A stretch of 64,000 nucleotides of DNA from Trueperaceae bacterium (GTDB taxonomy: Bacteria > Deinococcota > Deinococci > Deinococcales > Trueperaceae). Every line of letters starts with the position of its first letter. The stretch's first letter is position 1. Made by a program: the position numbers and the translations under genes. A model generated the notes under the pieces. It did no database searches, was not told the origin of the DNA, and saw only the letters and a program-made list of their open reading frames with translations. This document shows, piece after piece, positions 46,441 through 56,549 of this stretch. The DNA lies in NCBI GenBank assembly GCA_965213925.1, contig OZ243927.1, forward strand, positions 928,001-992,000, written 5' to 3'.

Positions 46441-48471
46441 ATGACTATGACGAAGACGAGAACCAAAACAAACAAATCAGAGAAGTCGGATTTACCCGAA
46501 AAGCTGCCTAAGAAGTGGTCCCGCGCCGTGATTCTCCGCGTCGACCCCGAGATTGACGGCGGACGCTTTCCCATTAAACGCACCATAGGCGAAGCTGTCA
46601 CCGTAACTTCGAACCTCGTCGGCGACGGTCACGACGTGATGGGCGCGGAACTCGTCTATGGTCCTCAAGGTGGACAAGAAGAGACCGTCCGCATGAGCTT
46701 CGAAGGAAACGATACGTACACGGGCACCTTTCACGTGGGCGACCCTGGCATGTGGACCTACCGCGTGCGGGCGTGGGTGGACGAGTTCGGCACGTGGTTA
46801 GCACTCTTCCGCCGCCGCGTCGAAGGGGGCAGCCCCGAGTGGGAAATAGAGAGCGAGCTTAAAGACGGCGCATCGTTGTTAGAGAAGTGCGCCAAAAAAG
46901 CTAAAGGTGAGGATAAGAAGCGTCTCAAGTCGTATATCAAAGTGTTTGAATCGGGCGATGCTGACGCGGCGTTGCAAGGAGAGGTTAAAGAACTTGCGGC
47001 GAAGTACGACCCCCGCGAGGGAGCTGAAAACGGGCGTACCTTAGAGGTTCACGTCGAGCGCAAGTTGGCGCAGTTCAGCGCGTGGTACGAGTTCTTCCCG
47101 CGTTCGGTGGGCAGACCAGGCGAACACGGCACCTTAGACGACGCGGCGGAGATGCTCGACTATGTCAAAGAGATGCAGTTCGATATCGTCTACTTGCCGC
47201 CGATTTATCCTATTGGCAAAAGCCACCGCAAGGGTAAGAACAACACACCGGAAGCGGGACCCGACGACGTAGGGAGCCCCTGGGCGATTGGCAATGAAGA
47301 CGGCGGGCACAAAACCGTCGAGCCGATGCTGGGCGGCATGAAAGCGTTCGAGCGCTTTATGAAGCGGGCGAAGGCGCTAGATTTAGAGGTCGCTTTAGAC
47401 CTCGCCTACCAGTGCTCGCCCGACCACCCTTACGTCAAAGAGCACCCCGAGTGGTTCCGCCAACGCCCCGACGGTTCAATTCGCTACGCGGAGAACCCGC
47501 CTAAGAAGTATCAGGATATTTACAACGTGGACTTCGAGTGTGAGGAATGGAAGGGATTGTGGCTCGAGCTGCGCAGCGTCGTCGAGTTCTGGGCGGAGCG
47601 CGGCGTGCGCACCTTCCGGGTGGATAACCCCCACACCAAAGCGCTGCCCTTCTGGGAGTGGTGCTTTAGCACCTTACGGGAGAAATACCCCGACCTCATC
47701 TTTTTAGCGGAAGCCTTCACGCGCCCCCATCAGATGTACGCGCTTGCCAAACTCGGCTTTAGCCAGTCTTACACGTACTTCACCTGGCGCTACAACAAGC
47801 GTGACTTCGAGCAGTACTTAGGCGAACTCTTCCAGAGCGAAGTCGTGGACTTTTACCGCCCCTCGTTCTGGCCCAACACGCCCGATATCCTCCCGCCCTA
47901 CTTGCGCACGCGCCCCGTCTTCCAAGCGCGGCTCGTGATGGCGGCGACGATGTCGAGTTCTTATGGGATTTACGGTCCGGTCTTTGAACTCATGGAGAAC
48001 GAGCCGCATCCCGCCCGCGAGGAATACTTGGGTAGCGAGAAGTACGAAATCCGCGACTGGAACCTGGACGACCCCGCCTCGCTCAAACCGCTGATGACTC
48101 GCATCAACGAGATTCGCTATGAGAATCCGGCGCTCCATAACAACCGCTCTTTGAAGTTTCATTACGTGGACAACGACCAACTTCTAGCCTTTTCGAAGCA
48201 GGACGGCGACAACCGCATTTTAGTCGTCATCAACTTCGACGCGAACCACGCGCAGACGGGCTTTGTTCACCTCGATATGGGGGCGTTAGGGCTTTCGGAT
48301 AATGAGGCGTATCACTTAGAGGACCTCATCATCGGTGAGCGCTACACCTGGGAAGGCCCCAGAAACTTCATCCGTTTAGACCCGCATTACTTCCCAGCGC
48401 ACATCCTTAAAATCACGCCGGAGCGCCGCGAGCAGAGTTTTGACTCGTACATGGCGCAGCAGAGTGTGTAG
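46441..48471 (+). CDS. glgE: Alpha-1,4-glucan:maltose-1-phosphate maltosyltransferase
   Basis: WYEFFPRS, RKGKNN, YAENPPKKYQDI, FRVDNPHTK, FLAEAFTRP, PNTPDIL. Confidence 0.95.
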   Translation: MTMTKTRTKTNKSEKSDLPEKLPKKWSRAVILRVDPEIDGGRFPIKRTIGEAVTVTSNLVGDGHDVMGAELVYGPQGGQEETVRMSFEGNDTYTGTFHVGDPGMWTYRVRAWVDEFGTWLALFRRRVEGGSPEWEIESELKDGASLLEKCAKKAKGEDKKRLKSYIKVFESGDADAALQGEVKELAAKYDPREGAENGRTLEVHVERKLAQFSAWYEFFPRSVGRPGEHGTLDDAAEMLDYVKEMQFDIVYLPPIYPIGKSHRKGKNNTPEAGPDDVGSPWAIGNEDGGHKTVEPMLGGMKAFERFMKRAKALDLEVALDLAYQCSPDHPYVKEHPEWFRQRPDGSIRYAENPPKKYQDIYNVDFECEEWKGLWLELRSVVEFWAERGVRTFRVDNPHTKALPFWEWCFSTLREKYPDLIFLAEAFTRPHQMYALAKLGFSQSYTYFTWRYNKRDFEQYLGELFQSEVVDFYRPSFWPNTPDILPPYLRTRPVFQARLVMAATMSSSYGIYGPVFELMENEPHPAREEYLGSEKYEIRDWNLDDPASLKPLMTRINEIRYENPALHNNRSLKFHYVDNDQLLAFSKQDGDNRILVVINFDANHAQTGFVHLDMGALGLSDNEAYHLEDLIIGERYTWEGPRNFIRLDPHYFPAHILKITPERREQSFDSYMAQQSV

Positions 48472-48504
48472 GGGTTGTTGCACTGTTGACTATATACTGA
48501 ACCC

Positions 48505-48648
48505 TGTCATTCTGAACGGAGCGACAGCCCTACGGTAAACCATAGGATAGACTCCGTGAAAGAACCTCTGCTATTGCCTTCTCCTCCCACGGAGATTGCG
48601 AGACGAGACCCCTCGCGGAGTCTATCCTGTAAAGGGCTCGGGGTGACA
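48505..48648. repeat. Long palindromic intergenic repeat (TGTCATTCTGA...GGGTGACA type)
   Basis: Nested IRs TGTCA/TGACA, AGCCCT/AGGGCT and AGGATAGACTCCG/CGGAGTCTATCCT. Confidence 0.75.
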
Positions 48649-48891
48649 TCAGTAAGAAGGTATTGATACTTTGCGGACGGTGCGGTATAGCGTAAGAAAA
48701 TCCACATTGGTACGTGCGCCTTTCCCGATAAGGTGAAGGGCGCATTTGGTTGTGTCGTGTTGTATGTTAAGCAGTTGTGCGTATTGCTCAATATTCCCCC
48801 AATGCTGAGAAAAGTGCAAACTATACGAACGCACTAAAATGTATTTAGATGATTTAGAAGGAATCCTTTACAGAGAGTACAAGTAGAAGAG

Positions 48892-51800
48892 GTGATGATG
48901 GACTCCCAAACGGTAGTGCAACCAAAAACGAAGACGAGCAAGCTCGAGCACGACCCCTTATGGTACAAGGACGCGGTGGTCTACGAGTTGCACGTGCGGT
49001 CCTTTTACGACTCGAGTGGCGACGGCTACGGCGACTTCGAGGGCTTGCGGCAGAAGCTCCCCTACTTAGAGGAGTTGGGCGTTAATACTCTGTGGCTCTT
49101 GCCTTTCTACGACTCCCCCTTGCGCGACGACGGTTACGACATCGCGGACTACAAAGGGATTTTGCCTGTCCACGGTAATTTAGACGATTTCAAGCGCTTC
49201 TTAGACGAAGCCCATGAGCGCGGGATGCGCGTCATCACCGAGCTTGTCTTGAATCACACCTCGGACCAACACCCCTGGTTCCAGGAGGCGCGGCAGCCGA
49301 ACTCGCCTAAGCGCGACTGGTACGTCTGGAGCGAAACGTCCGAGAAGTATAAGGACGTGCGCATCATCTTTACCGATACCGAGCACTCCAACTGGACCTG
49401 GGACCCCGTCGCGGGCGCGTACTATTGGCACCGTTTTTTCAGCCACCAGCCTGACCTCAACTGGGACAACCCCGAAGTCGAAAAGGCGCTCCACGAGGCG
49501 ATGTTTTACTGGCTCGACATGGGCGTGGACGGGCTGCGTTTAGACGCCGTGCCGTATCTCTACGAACGCGAAGGTACCTCGGGTGAGAACCTGCCCGAAA
49601 CCTTGGACGCCATCAAGCGGTTGCGCAAAGTCATCGAAGAGCGTTATGGTCCGGGGCGCATCCTCTTAGCGGAGGCGAACCAGTGGCCCGAGGACACGCT
49701 GCCCTATTTCGGTGATGAGGGCGAAGGCGTGCAAATGGCCTTTAATTTTCCGCTGATGCCTAGAATGTACCTGGCGCTCCGCCGCGAGAACCGCCAGCCG
49801 ATTGTGGAGATGCTCAACCTCACCGAAGACATCCCCGAGGACGCGCAGTGGGCGCTCTTTTTGCGCAACCACGACGAGCTTACTCTAGAAATGGTCACGG
49901 ACGAAGAGCGCGACTACATGTATAACGAGTATGGGATGGACCGGCAGTTCCGCATCAATGTGGGAATCCGCCGCCGTTTAGCGCCGCTACTAGGCAACGA
50001 GCGCCGCCGCATCGAGCTGATGAACGCGCTCGTTTTGTCGCTCAAGGGTAGCCCGATTCTCTACTACGGCGACGAAATCGGCATGGGCGATAACGTTTTC
50101 TTAGGAGACCGTAACGGGGTGCGCACGCCGATGCAGTGGAGCCCGGATCGCAACGCGGGCTTTTCCAAAGCGCCCTTTCACCAGCTCTTCTTGCCCCCCA
50201 TCAACGAAGGCGGCTACGGCTACCAGTTCGTGAACGTCGAGGAGTCGCAGAAGAGTGCACACTCGCTCTATAACTTCACGCGGCGCATCTTGGGCGTTCG
50301 TCATCAACACGCTAAGACCTTCGGACGCGGCGACCAAGAGGTCTTAGAGGTTGAAAATCAGCGGGTCTTTGCCTTTACTCGTCAGTATGAGGGCGAGACC
50401 GTTTTAGTGGTTGCCAACCTCTCGCGCTTCGCGCAAGCGGCGACGCTGCCCTTAGGAGAATTTGCAGGTCACTATCCTGTCGAACTCTTCTCGCAGATGC
50501 CCTTTCCGCAGATCGGTGAGGAGGAGTATCCGCTGGCGCTCGGACCGCACGGCTTCTACTGGTTTGTTCTGCGCAGCGAAGAAGAGGTTGACGCTGTTCT
50601 GCCTGAGCTTACTGAGGTGGAGGAGAAGCTCGAGCGTACCCTTCCTACGATCAAGGTCTCCGGCGGCTTAGAAACGCTGCTCATCGACACGATGGTGCAG
50701 GGCAAGGCGCGGCGTCAGTTAGAGGCGGCGTTGCCCGAATTCTTAGGTATCCAGCGTTGGTTCGGTGCGAAAGAGCGCGGTATCAAGACGGCGCGGCTCG
50801 TGGACGCGGTGCGGTTGCAGCCGCAGGCGTATCTTGCGCTGGTGCGCGTGGAATTTGCGGACGGAGGGATAGGGCGCTACTTCTTACCGCTAACCTCAGT
50901 GCCTGCAACCGACGCGCCTAGACTGATCGAGGAGCACCCCCGCGCTGCTCTAGCGTGGCTGGGCGAGACCACTGGAAAAACCCTCCTCTACGACGCCACC
51001 GCCGACGAAAACTTCTGGCTCGCGCTCTATCAAGCCGCGCGGCGCGAGTGGAAAGGGCGCTCCTTAAAAGGGCTCTACAGCGCCAAGGCGATTAAAGGTT
51101 CGCAGCTTCCGCAAGTCGATGAGGTGGACGAGGTCCGCATTGCCAGCGTCGAACAGAGTAACTCGTCCGCATTTTTTGACGACTCGGTCTTCGTCAAGCT
51201 CTACCGCAAGTTCGGCGACGAGATGAACCCCGAGGCTGAGATGCTCACCTACCTGACGCAAGCGGGTTTCCCCTTCGTCCCGCAGTTGCGCGGCGACTTG
51301 AAGTTCAAGCGCGGCGAATTAGAGCTGACTCTAGGGATTTTTCAGACGTACCTGCCGGGCGATAGAGACGCTTGGGGCTACGCTCTGGAAGAGGGGCGGC
51401 GCTTTTTGGACCGCGTGGCGGAGACCTCGCCCCCCCAGGGCGCGCTGCCTGAAAGCTTCGACGACGAGGTTCCGGCGTGGCTCGAGGATGCCGCGGGCGA
51501 AACCCTCCAACTCGCCGCCCTCTTGGGCGTACGCACCGCCGAGATGCACGCAACCCTCGCCAAAGCTGAAGCGAGCGCTCTAAAGCCTGAGCCGACGAGT
51601 CGTGAAGAGCTAGCCGAGTTCGTTGCAAGGGTCCGCAATGAAGCCGAGCAAACCCAGCAGCTTCTCAGCGAGCAGGGCAAAGCGTTGGACGAAGGCGCGC
51701 TTAGCGCAGGTTTAGACCGCCTAGACGCCCTCGCCAACACCGAAGCGAATTGGCACAAAGTCCGCATTCACGGCGACTATCACTTGGGTCAAGTGATGCA

Positions 51801-52230
51801 GGCGGGCGGTGAGCTGTTCCTCTTGGACTTCGAAGGTGAACCCGCCCGGACGCTCGCCGAGCGCAGGCAGAAAGATCAAGCGTTGCGCGACGTTGCAGGA
51901 ATGCTCCGCTCGCTTGAATATGCGGGGCTCGTCACCCTAGAGAGCTATCCGGGGCGGGAGCAAAACGGCGACTTGGCACAAGATTTAATACGGTGGGCAG
52001 ACATCCTTATCCGCTGGAGTGAAGCCGTTTTCTTAGAGGCGTATTTCTCCACCGCAGGTGAAGGGGCAATCTTCACGCCCAAAAGTTTAGAGACGCGCGA
52101 CAAGGTGCTCTGGGCGTATCAGCTCGACAAGGTGCTCTACGAAGTGCGCTATGAGTTAGGACACCGACCCGATTGGGTCTGGTTGCCGCTGCGTGGGCTT
52201 AGCAGGTTGCTCGGTACGCAAATGGCGTAA
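48892..52230 (+). CDS. treS: Trehalose synthase-maltokinase fusion (TreS-Mak/Pep2)
   Basis: GH13 motifs RLDAVPYL, AEANQW, FLRNHDELTLE; C-terminal EQSNSS, RIHGDYHLGQV, DFEGEP. Confidence 0.94.
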   Translation: MMMDSQTVVQPKTKTSKLEHDPLWYKDAVVYELHVRSFYDSSGDGYGDFEGLRQKLPYLEELGVNTLWLLPFYDSPLRDDGYDIADYKGILPVHGNLDDFKRFLDEAHERGMRVITELVLNHTSDQHPWFQEARQPNSPKRDWYVWSETSEKYKDVRIIFTDTEHSNWTWDPVAGAYYWHRFFSHQPDLNWDNPEVEKALHEAMFYWLDMGVDGLRLDAVPYLYEREGTSGENLPETLDAIKRLRKVIEERYGPGRILLAEANQWPEDTLPYFGDEGEGVQMAFNFPLMPRMYLALRRENRQPIVEMLNLTEDIPEDAQWALFLRNHDELTLEMVTDEERDYMYNEYGMDRQFRINVGIRRRLAPLLGNERRRIELMNALVLSLKGSPILYYGDEIGMGDNVFLGDRNGVRTPMQWSPDRNAGFSKAPFHQLFLPPINEGGYGYQFVNVEESQKSAHSLYNFTRRILGVRHQHAKTFGRGDQEVLEVENQRVFAFTRQYEGETVLVVANLSRFAQAATLPLGEFAGHYPVELFSQMPFPQIGEEEYPLALGPHGFYWFVLRSEEEVDAVLPELTEVEEKLERTLPTIKVSGGLETLLIDTMVQGKARRQLEAALPEFLGIQRWFGAKERGIKTARLVDAVRLQPQAYLALVRVEFADGGIGRYFLPLTSVPATDAPRLIEEHPRAALAWLGETTGKTLLYDATADENFWLALYQAARREWKGRSLKGLYSAKAIKGSQLPQVDEVDEVRIASVEQSNSSAFFDDSVFVKLYRKFGDEMNPEAEMLTYLTQAGFPFVPQLRGDLKFKRGELELTLGIFQTYLPGDRDAWGYALEEGRRFLDRVAETSPPQGALPESFDDEVPAWLEDAAGETLQLAALLGVRTAEMHATLAKAEASALKPEPTSREELAEFVARVRNEAEQTQQLLSEQGKALDEGALSAGLDRLDALANTEANWHKVRIHGDYHLGQVMQAGGELFLLDFEGEPARTLAERRQKDQALRDVAGMLRSLEYAGLVTLESYPGREQNGDLAQDLIRWADILIRWSEAVFLEAYFSTAGEGAIFTPKSLETRDKVLWAYQLDKVLYEVRYELGHRPDWVWLPLRGLSRLLGTQMA

Positions 52231-52257
52231 CTATAGCTGTAGAGCTAAAAGGAGTAG

Positions 52258-52294
52258 AGAAGGACTGAAGTTGGCTTCGACCTCAGTCCTTTTT
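52258..52294 (+). terminator. Intrinsic terminator after treS-mak
   Basis: AAGGACTGA / TCAGTCCTT followed by a T-run. Confidence 0.65.
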
Positions 52295-52314
52295 CAGTGG
52301 GAATTCTCCTGTAA

Positions 52315-52415
52315 TACGAGGTTGCACGGCTTAGTTTGCAAAACTAAGCCGTGCCCATCTGTGATGGTAAGCTCTAACGCCCTCAGCTAGGGTAAGTAAA
52401 CTGTGCAATTTCGTA
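52315..52415. repeat. ~100-bp structured repeat, family B, copy 2
   Basis: Ends TACGAGGTTGCAC / GTGCAATTTCGTA; perfect 14-bp hairpin at 52324-52354. Confidence 0.8.
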
Positions 52416-52444
52416 TAAGCACTGTATTGGCACTGCGTCTTCAC

Positions 52445-52468
52445 GAACAAGGGGTTGCAACCCCTTGC
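52445..52468. repeat. REP-like palindrome
   Basis: GAACAAGGGGTTgcAACCCCTTGC, the reverse complement of 42822-42845 with one mismatch. Confidence 0.7.
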
Positions 52469-52678
52469 CAAAGGGACAGGCTTACTTAGGGCCAACCTAG
52501 TCTTCCCCGAGTAAAAATAGTCCCACCTGAGTAGAACGTTAAGGAATCCTCTAGGGTATGTGAGGGATGAACGTATCACCTCTTACTTTTCCGACCCTAA
52601 GTTTAAGGGTTTGATGAACGCACCTAGACGTCAACGCGCACGGCGAACCTCCGTCCTCTTCGCTATGGTGGAATCAAC

Positions 52679-54331
52679 GTGATCAATATGCTACCTTCAC
52701 CTTCTCAAACACTCACGCAACCGGACTGGTATAAAGACGCCGTTCTGTACGAACTCTACGTGCGAGCCTTCAACGACTCCAACAGGAATGGGCACGGCGA
52801 CCTCTTGGGCGTCGTGGAGAAACTGGATTATCTGGCTGATCTGGGCGTGGACTGCTTGTGGCTGCTGCCTATTCAGCCTTCGCCTCTAAAAGATGACGGC
52901 TATGACGTATCGGACTACTACGGTATCCACCCCGACTACGGCACCTTAGACGACTTCAAAACCCTCATTCGTGAAGCGCACGCGAGGGGGATGAGAGTCA
53001 TTACCGACTTAGTGATGAACCACACCTCTAACCAGCACCCTTGGTTTTTAGAGAGCCGTTCGTCGAAAGATAACCCCAAACGCGACTGGTACGTCTGGAA
53101 CGGCGACGACAAGAAACACCCTGAAACGCGCATCATCTTCTCAGATACCGAGACCTCGAACTGGGCGTACGACGAGCTGACGGGCGAATACTACTGGCAC
53201 CGCTTCTTTACCGACCAGCCCGACCTCAACTACGACAACCCCGAGGTTCGCTCGGAGATGCTCAATGTGATTCGCTTCTGGTTGGAGCTAGGCATCGACG
53301 GCTTCCGCTTAGACGCCATCCCCTACCTCTACGAGCGCGAAGGCACCTTGAACGAGAACCTGCAAGAGACCCATGACTTCTTACAAGAGGTCCGCGCCTT
53401 TGTCGATGACTTCGCGCCGGGGACGCTCCTCTTAGGCGAGGTCAACCAGTGGCCCAACGACACGATTCCCTACTTTGGCGACGGGTGCAACGAGATGAAT
53501 TTGCTCTTCCACTTCCCGGTGATGCCGCGTCTGTTCAAAGCGGTAGCGGAGGAAGACCGGGGCAGCGTGGACTGGATCATGGAGCGCACGCCGCACATCC
53601 CCGACACGTGCGGCTGGGTGGTCTTTTTGCGCAATCACGATGAGCTGACCTTAGAGATGGTCACTCAGGACGAGCGCAAGTTCATGTATGAGACCTACGC
53701 ACCCGAACCGCATATGAAGCTCAACTTAGGGATTCGCCGCCGCTTAGCGCCTTTACTGAACAACGATCCGCGCAAAATCAAGCTGATGAACTCGCTCCTC
53801 ATGACCCTGCCCGGCACGCCGATTCTCTACTACGGCGACGAAATCGGCATGGGCGACGACCTCTCGCTGCCCGACCGCAACGGGGTCCGCACGCCGATGC
53901 AGTGGAGTAACGGGGTGAACGCGGGCTTTAGCAAGGCGAACAAACTCTACGCCCCTGCCATCGACAGAGAGCCGTTCGGCTACAGGTGCGTCAGTGTGAA
54001 CCGGCAAAAGGAGAACCCGCAAAGCCTGCTGTGCTGGACGCAGCGGCTCATCAAAACGCGCAAGCAGCACCCTGCACTCGGGCGCGGTCACTTCGAGATT
54101 TTGAAGACGGAGAACCGGAAAATATTGCCCTTCCATAACGTTCATAAGAACGACATGGTTATCGCTGTGCACAACCTCTCCGCAAAGGCGCAACGCTTCG
54201 AACTCGACCTCTCGAGCTACCAAGACGCACCTCTTAAAGACGCTCTGAGCGGACAAGAGGTTACTCTAGCGGGTGAACGGACGAGGCTCGAGCTGCCCCC
54301 TTACGGTTTCCAGTGGCTCGTACGCAGTTGA
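52679..54331 (+). CDS. treS: Second, stand-alone trehalose synthase (GH13)
   Basis: RLDAIPYL, GEVNQW, FLRNHDELTLE; paralogous to the TreS part of 48892-52230. Confidence 0.88.
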   Translation: MINMLPSPSQTLTQPDWYKDAVLYELYVRAFNDSNRNGHGDLLGVVEKLDYLADLGVDCLWLLPIQPSPLKDDGYDVSDYYGIHPDYGTLDDFKTLIREAHARGMRVITDLVMNHTSNQHPWFLESRSSKDNPKRDWYVWNGDDKKHPETRIIFSDTETSNWAYDELTGEYYWHRFFTDQPDLNYDNPEVRSEMLNVIRFWLELGIDGFRLDAIPYLYEREGTLNENLQETHDFLQEVRAFVDDFAPGTLLLGEVNQWPNDTIPYFGDGCNEMNLLFHFPVMPRLFKAVAEEDRGSVDWIMERTPHIPDTCGWVVFLRNHDELTLEMVTQDERKFMYETYAPEPHMKLNLGIRRRLAPLLNNDPRKIKLMNSLLMTLPGTPILYYGDEIGMGDDLSLPDRNGVRTPMQWSNGVNAGFSKANKLYAPAIDREPFGYRCVSVNRQKENPQSLLCWTQRLIKTRKQHPALGRGHFEILKTENRKILPFHNVHKNDMVIAVHNLSAKAQRFELDLSSYQDAPLKDALSGQEVTLAGERTRLELPPYGFQWLVRS

Positions 54332-54356
54332 ACGCCCGGTATCTTATGATGATAAT

Positions 54357-55226
54357 ATGAGCCGAAGCCCTACGAGCCGAAGTGTTGCAGTCGCCATCAT
54401 CCACGGCATGGGTCCCAAAGAGCCCGACTTTGCCGACAACGTCATCACGAAGCTCCACGATTATTTCCCCAAACATGTAGAAGGATACGGCGACGCCTCT
54501 TTTGTTGCTAAACCCGTCTATTGGGCTGAGATTCCGCACGAAAAAGAGGAGCAGGTCTGGGGGCGCGTCGAGGCGTCGGGCCCGATGAACAACACCGACT
54601 TGCGCCGCTTCATCTTCAACCTGGCAGGCGACACATTAGCCTATCAGCCGAGCGAAGGGCGCGAAGACCTCTACGTGAGCGTGCACAAGCAACTCGAGGA
54701 GACCTTCGCCGACCTGGCCCGAGAAGCGGGTGAGAACGCGCCCCTCTGCATCATCGCGCACAGCTTAGGCACCGTTGTCGCGCACAACTACCTCTTCGAC
54801 ATGCAAAACGGCAGAGAAGAGCTTTCGGAGTTGCCGCGCCCCGAGACGCCTATCGAGCGCGGCGACACGCTCTCGCTCTTTTGCACCTACGGCAGCCCCA
54901 TCGCGATTTGGCGGCTCCGCTTCGGCGATGAATACAAAGCTATCGACTTTCCAGGTCAAGCGGTAGGGGAGCGCTACCCCAACCTGAGCCCCAGGTGGTT
55001 CAACCTCTACGATAAAAACGACGTGCTCGGCTACCCCATCAGCAAACTGACCGAGCGCTATGAAGAACTCTCCGAGGCGGGCTACCTAGAAGACCGTGAG
55101 ACGAACGTGGGCAACCTCTTTACCACTTGGAACGCGATGTCGCACCAGGGGTATTTGCGCGATGATGACGCCTTGGAGGAGTTGGCGGAGTTTATCGCAG
55201 ATATCTGGAAGGGGGCGTTTGGGTAA
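54357..55226 (+). CDS. Alpha/beta-hydrolase-like hypothetical protein
   Basis: IIHGMG, IAHSLG, TYGSP, YDKNDVLG, SHQGY; TATGAT 6 nt before ATG 54357. Confidence 0.7.
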   Translation: MSRSPTSRSVAVAIIHGMGPKEPDFADNVITKLHDYFPKHVEGYGDASFVAKPVYWAEIPHEKEEQVWGRVEASGPMNNTDLRRFIFNLAGDTLAYQPSEGREDLYVSVHKQLEETFADLAREAGENAPLCIIAHSLGTVVAHNYLFDMQNGREELSELPRPETPIERGDTLSLFCTYGSPIAIWRLRFGDEYKAIDFPGQAVGERYPNLSPRWFNLYDKNDVLGYPISKLTERYEELSEAGYLEDRETNVGNLFTTWNAMSHQGYLRDDDALEELAEFIADIWKGAFG

Positions 55227-55267
55227 TCCCTTTCTCGTGGTCTAACGGGATACGCTTCAGCTACAGC

Positions 55268-55855
55268 TCAGCATTCCTCTGGTAGCTCGAGCCCATCCAC
55301 CGGAAACCGCCAACCCGGTAAAGCCGGTTCCGCCTCGGCGACCTCGCTCTGCTTGTAAACAGTTGCGTCCTCTGGATGATCAGCTCTATAAACACGTATA
55401 ATTTTGCTGCTCTCTTCGTCCCCCCGCACATCTACGTCCCAAACGACCTGCGTACCGCAGACAAAATAGTCGGCTCTTTTCGCCGCCATCACCTGCTCTG
55501 CCACTGGACCATAGTCGTTCTCGCTCCACACCTCTACGGCGAAAATCGGTGCGCCTTCATAGAACTTCATGCCGCTTGGTTGACCTAAGTAGTAAGCCGC
55601 GTCAGGGCTGAACGACTTGCGGTGCGGCAAATCCACGAGGAACCCTTTATTGTCGCCTACGGCGCGTCCGCTTCCGGTTTGTTTAGCGTACTCGCGCAGT
55701 GCAACAAAAATCTCGTCGCCAGCGTAACCGGGCGCAACTCCTGTAGGCGGCATTAACACCAGCTTTCCGTTGACGATTTCTGCTTTGGCGTTATCTGGTA
55801 CGCCGTAAAGGTCTTCAACTGTCGCTCCGGGCGCTGAAAACAGAGGGGTTGTCAT
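55268..55855 (-). CDS. Uma2 family PD-(D/E)xK endonuclease-like protein
   Basis: AEIVNGKL, SPDAAY, PIFAVEVWS, KRADYF, PALPGW. Confidence 0.85.
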   Translation of the reverse strand: MTTPLFSAPGATVEDLYGVPDNAKAEIVNGKLVLMPPTGVAPGYAGDEIFVALREYAKQTGSGRAVGDNKGFLVDLPHRKSFSPDAAYYLGQPSGMKFYEGAPIFAVEVWSENDYGPVAEQVMAAKRADYFVCGTQVVWDVDVRGDEESSKIIRVYRADHPEDATVYKQSEVAEAEPALPGWRFPVDGLELPEEC

Positions 55856-56021
55856 GTGGGAAACCTCCACTGTTTTGACTATATCACGGCTTGTATCGTG
55901 ACTTTAGCTGTGTCACTCTTGGTCGTCTGACGTCTCAAGATTATGAACGCAGAAGGAACGGGAAGTGCGATTTGAAGTATTTTATGGCTATCTAACGGCA
56001 CAATTTGGTGTAGCATTTAGG

Positions 56022-56549
56022 TTATTGAAAAAAAATTCCATTTAGAGCTAGTAGGTCAGCCATTGTTGTTATCTTCCAAGCATCTCTATCTTGCTCTAAT
56101 GGAACCATGATCGTAGTTGAACGGTCCCCACCGTAAATGACGTGAGCGACAACGTAAGCCCTTCCTTCGCCGTCGAAGCCGTGCCAGCGTGTAGTGACCT
56201 CGTATTCGGATATACTCGAGCCAAGCTGCTGTAAAAGGTGTAAGTCCCACTCCAAAGCAACAATATAAGGGTCCATTTCTACAATCTCGTCTGGATTCTT
56301 GTCTTGCAGAAAATAAGGAATGTTTTCAATTGCTCCATTTTTCAAGTTGAGGGCTATATTGTTACGTACACTCTCAACATAATCTGAGTGTAGAAGTTTT
56401 ATCATTGGTTCGAACTCGTAGTTAGTAAACGCTTCAAAATATTTTTGAACAACTTGCTCAGGTGAGTCAGTTTCTGACTGAGCGACAACAAAACCTAACG
56501 AGCAGATGAAAAACGCCACAAGGATAAACCTTTTCAGGAAAGGTGCCAT
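56022..56549 (-). CDS. Secreted hypothetical protein (NTF2-like), AT-rich
   Basis: Signal peptide; SPEQVVQKYFEA...WKI pattern; visibly lower GC than flanks. Confidence 0.6.
   Translation of the reverse strand: MAPFLKRFILVAFFICSLGFVVAQSETDSPEQVVQKYFEAFTNYEFEPMIKLLHSDYVESVRNNIALNLKNGAIENIPYFLQDKNPDEIVEMDPYIVALEWDLHLLQQLGSSISEYEVTTRWHGFDGEGRAYVVAHVIYGGDRSTTIMVPLEQDRDAWKITTMADLLALNGIFFQ

Noticed and set aside
49850..53910. Nucleotide repeats between the two treS genes
   Set aside because: Explained by paralogous conserved GH13 motifs, not a repeat element.
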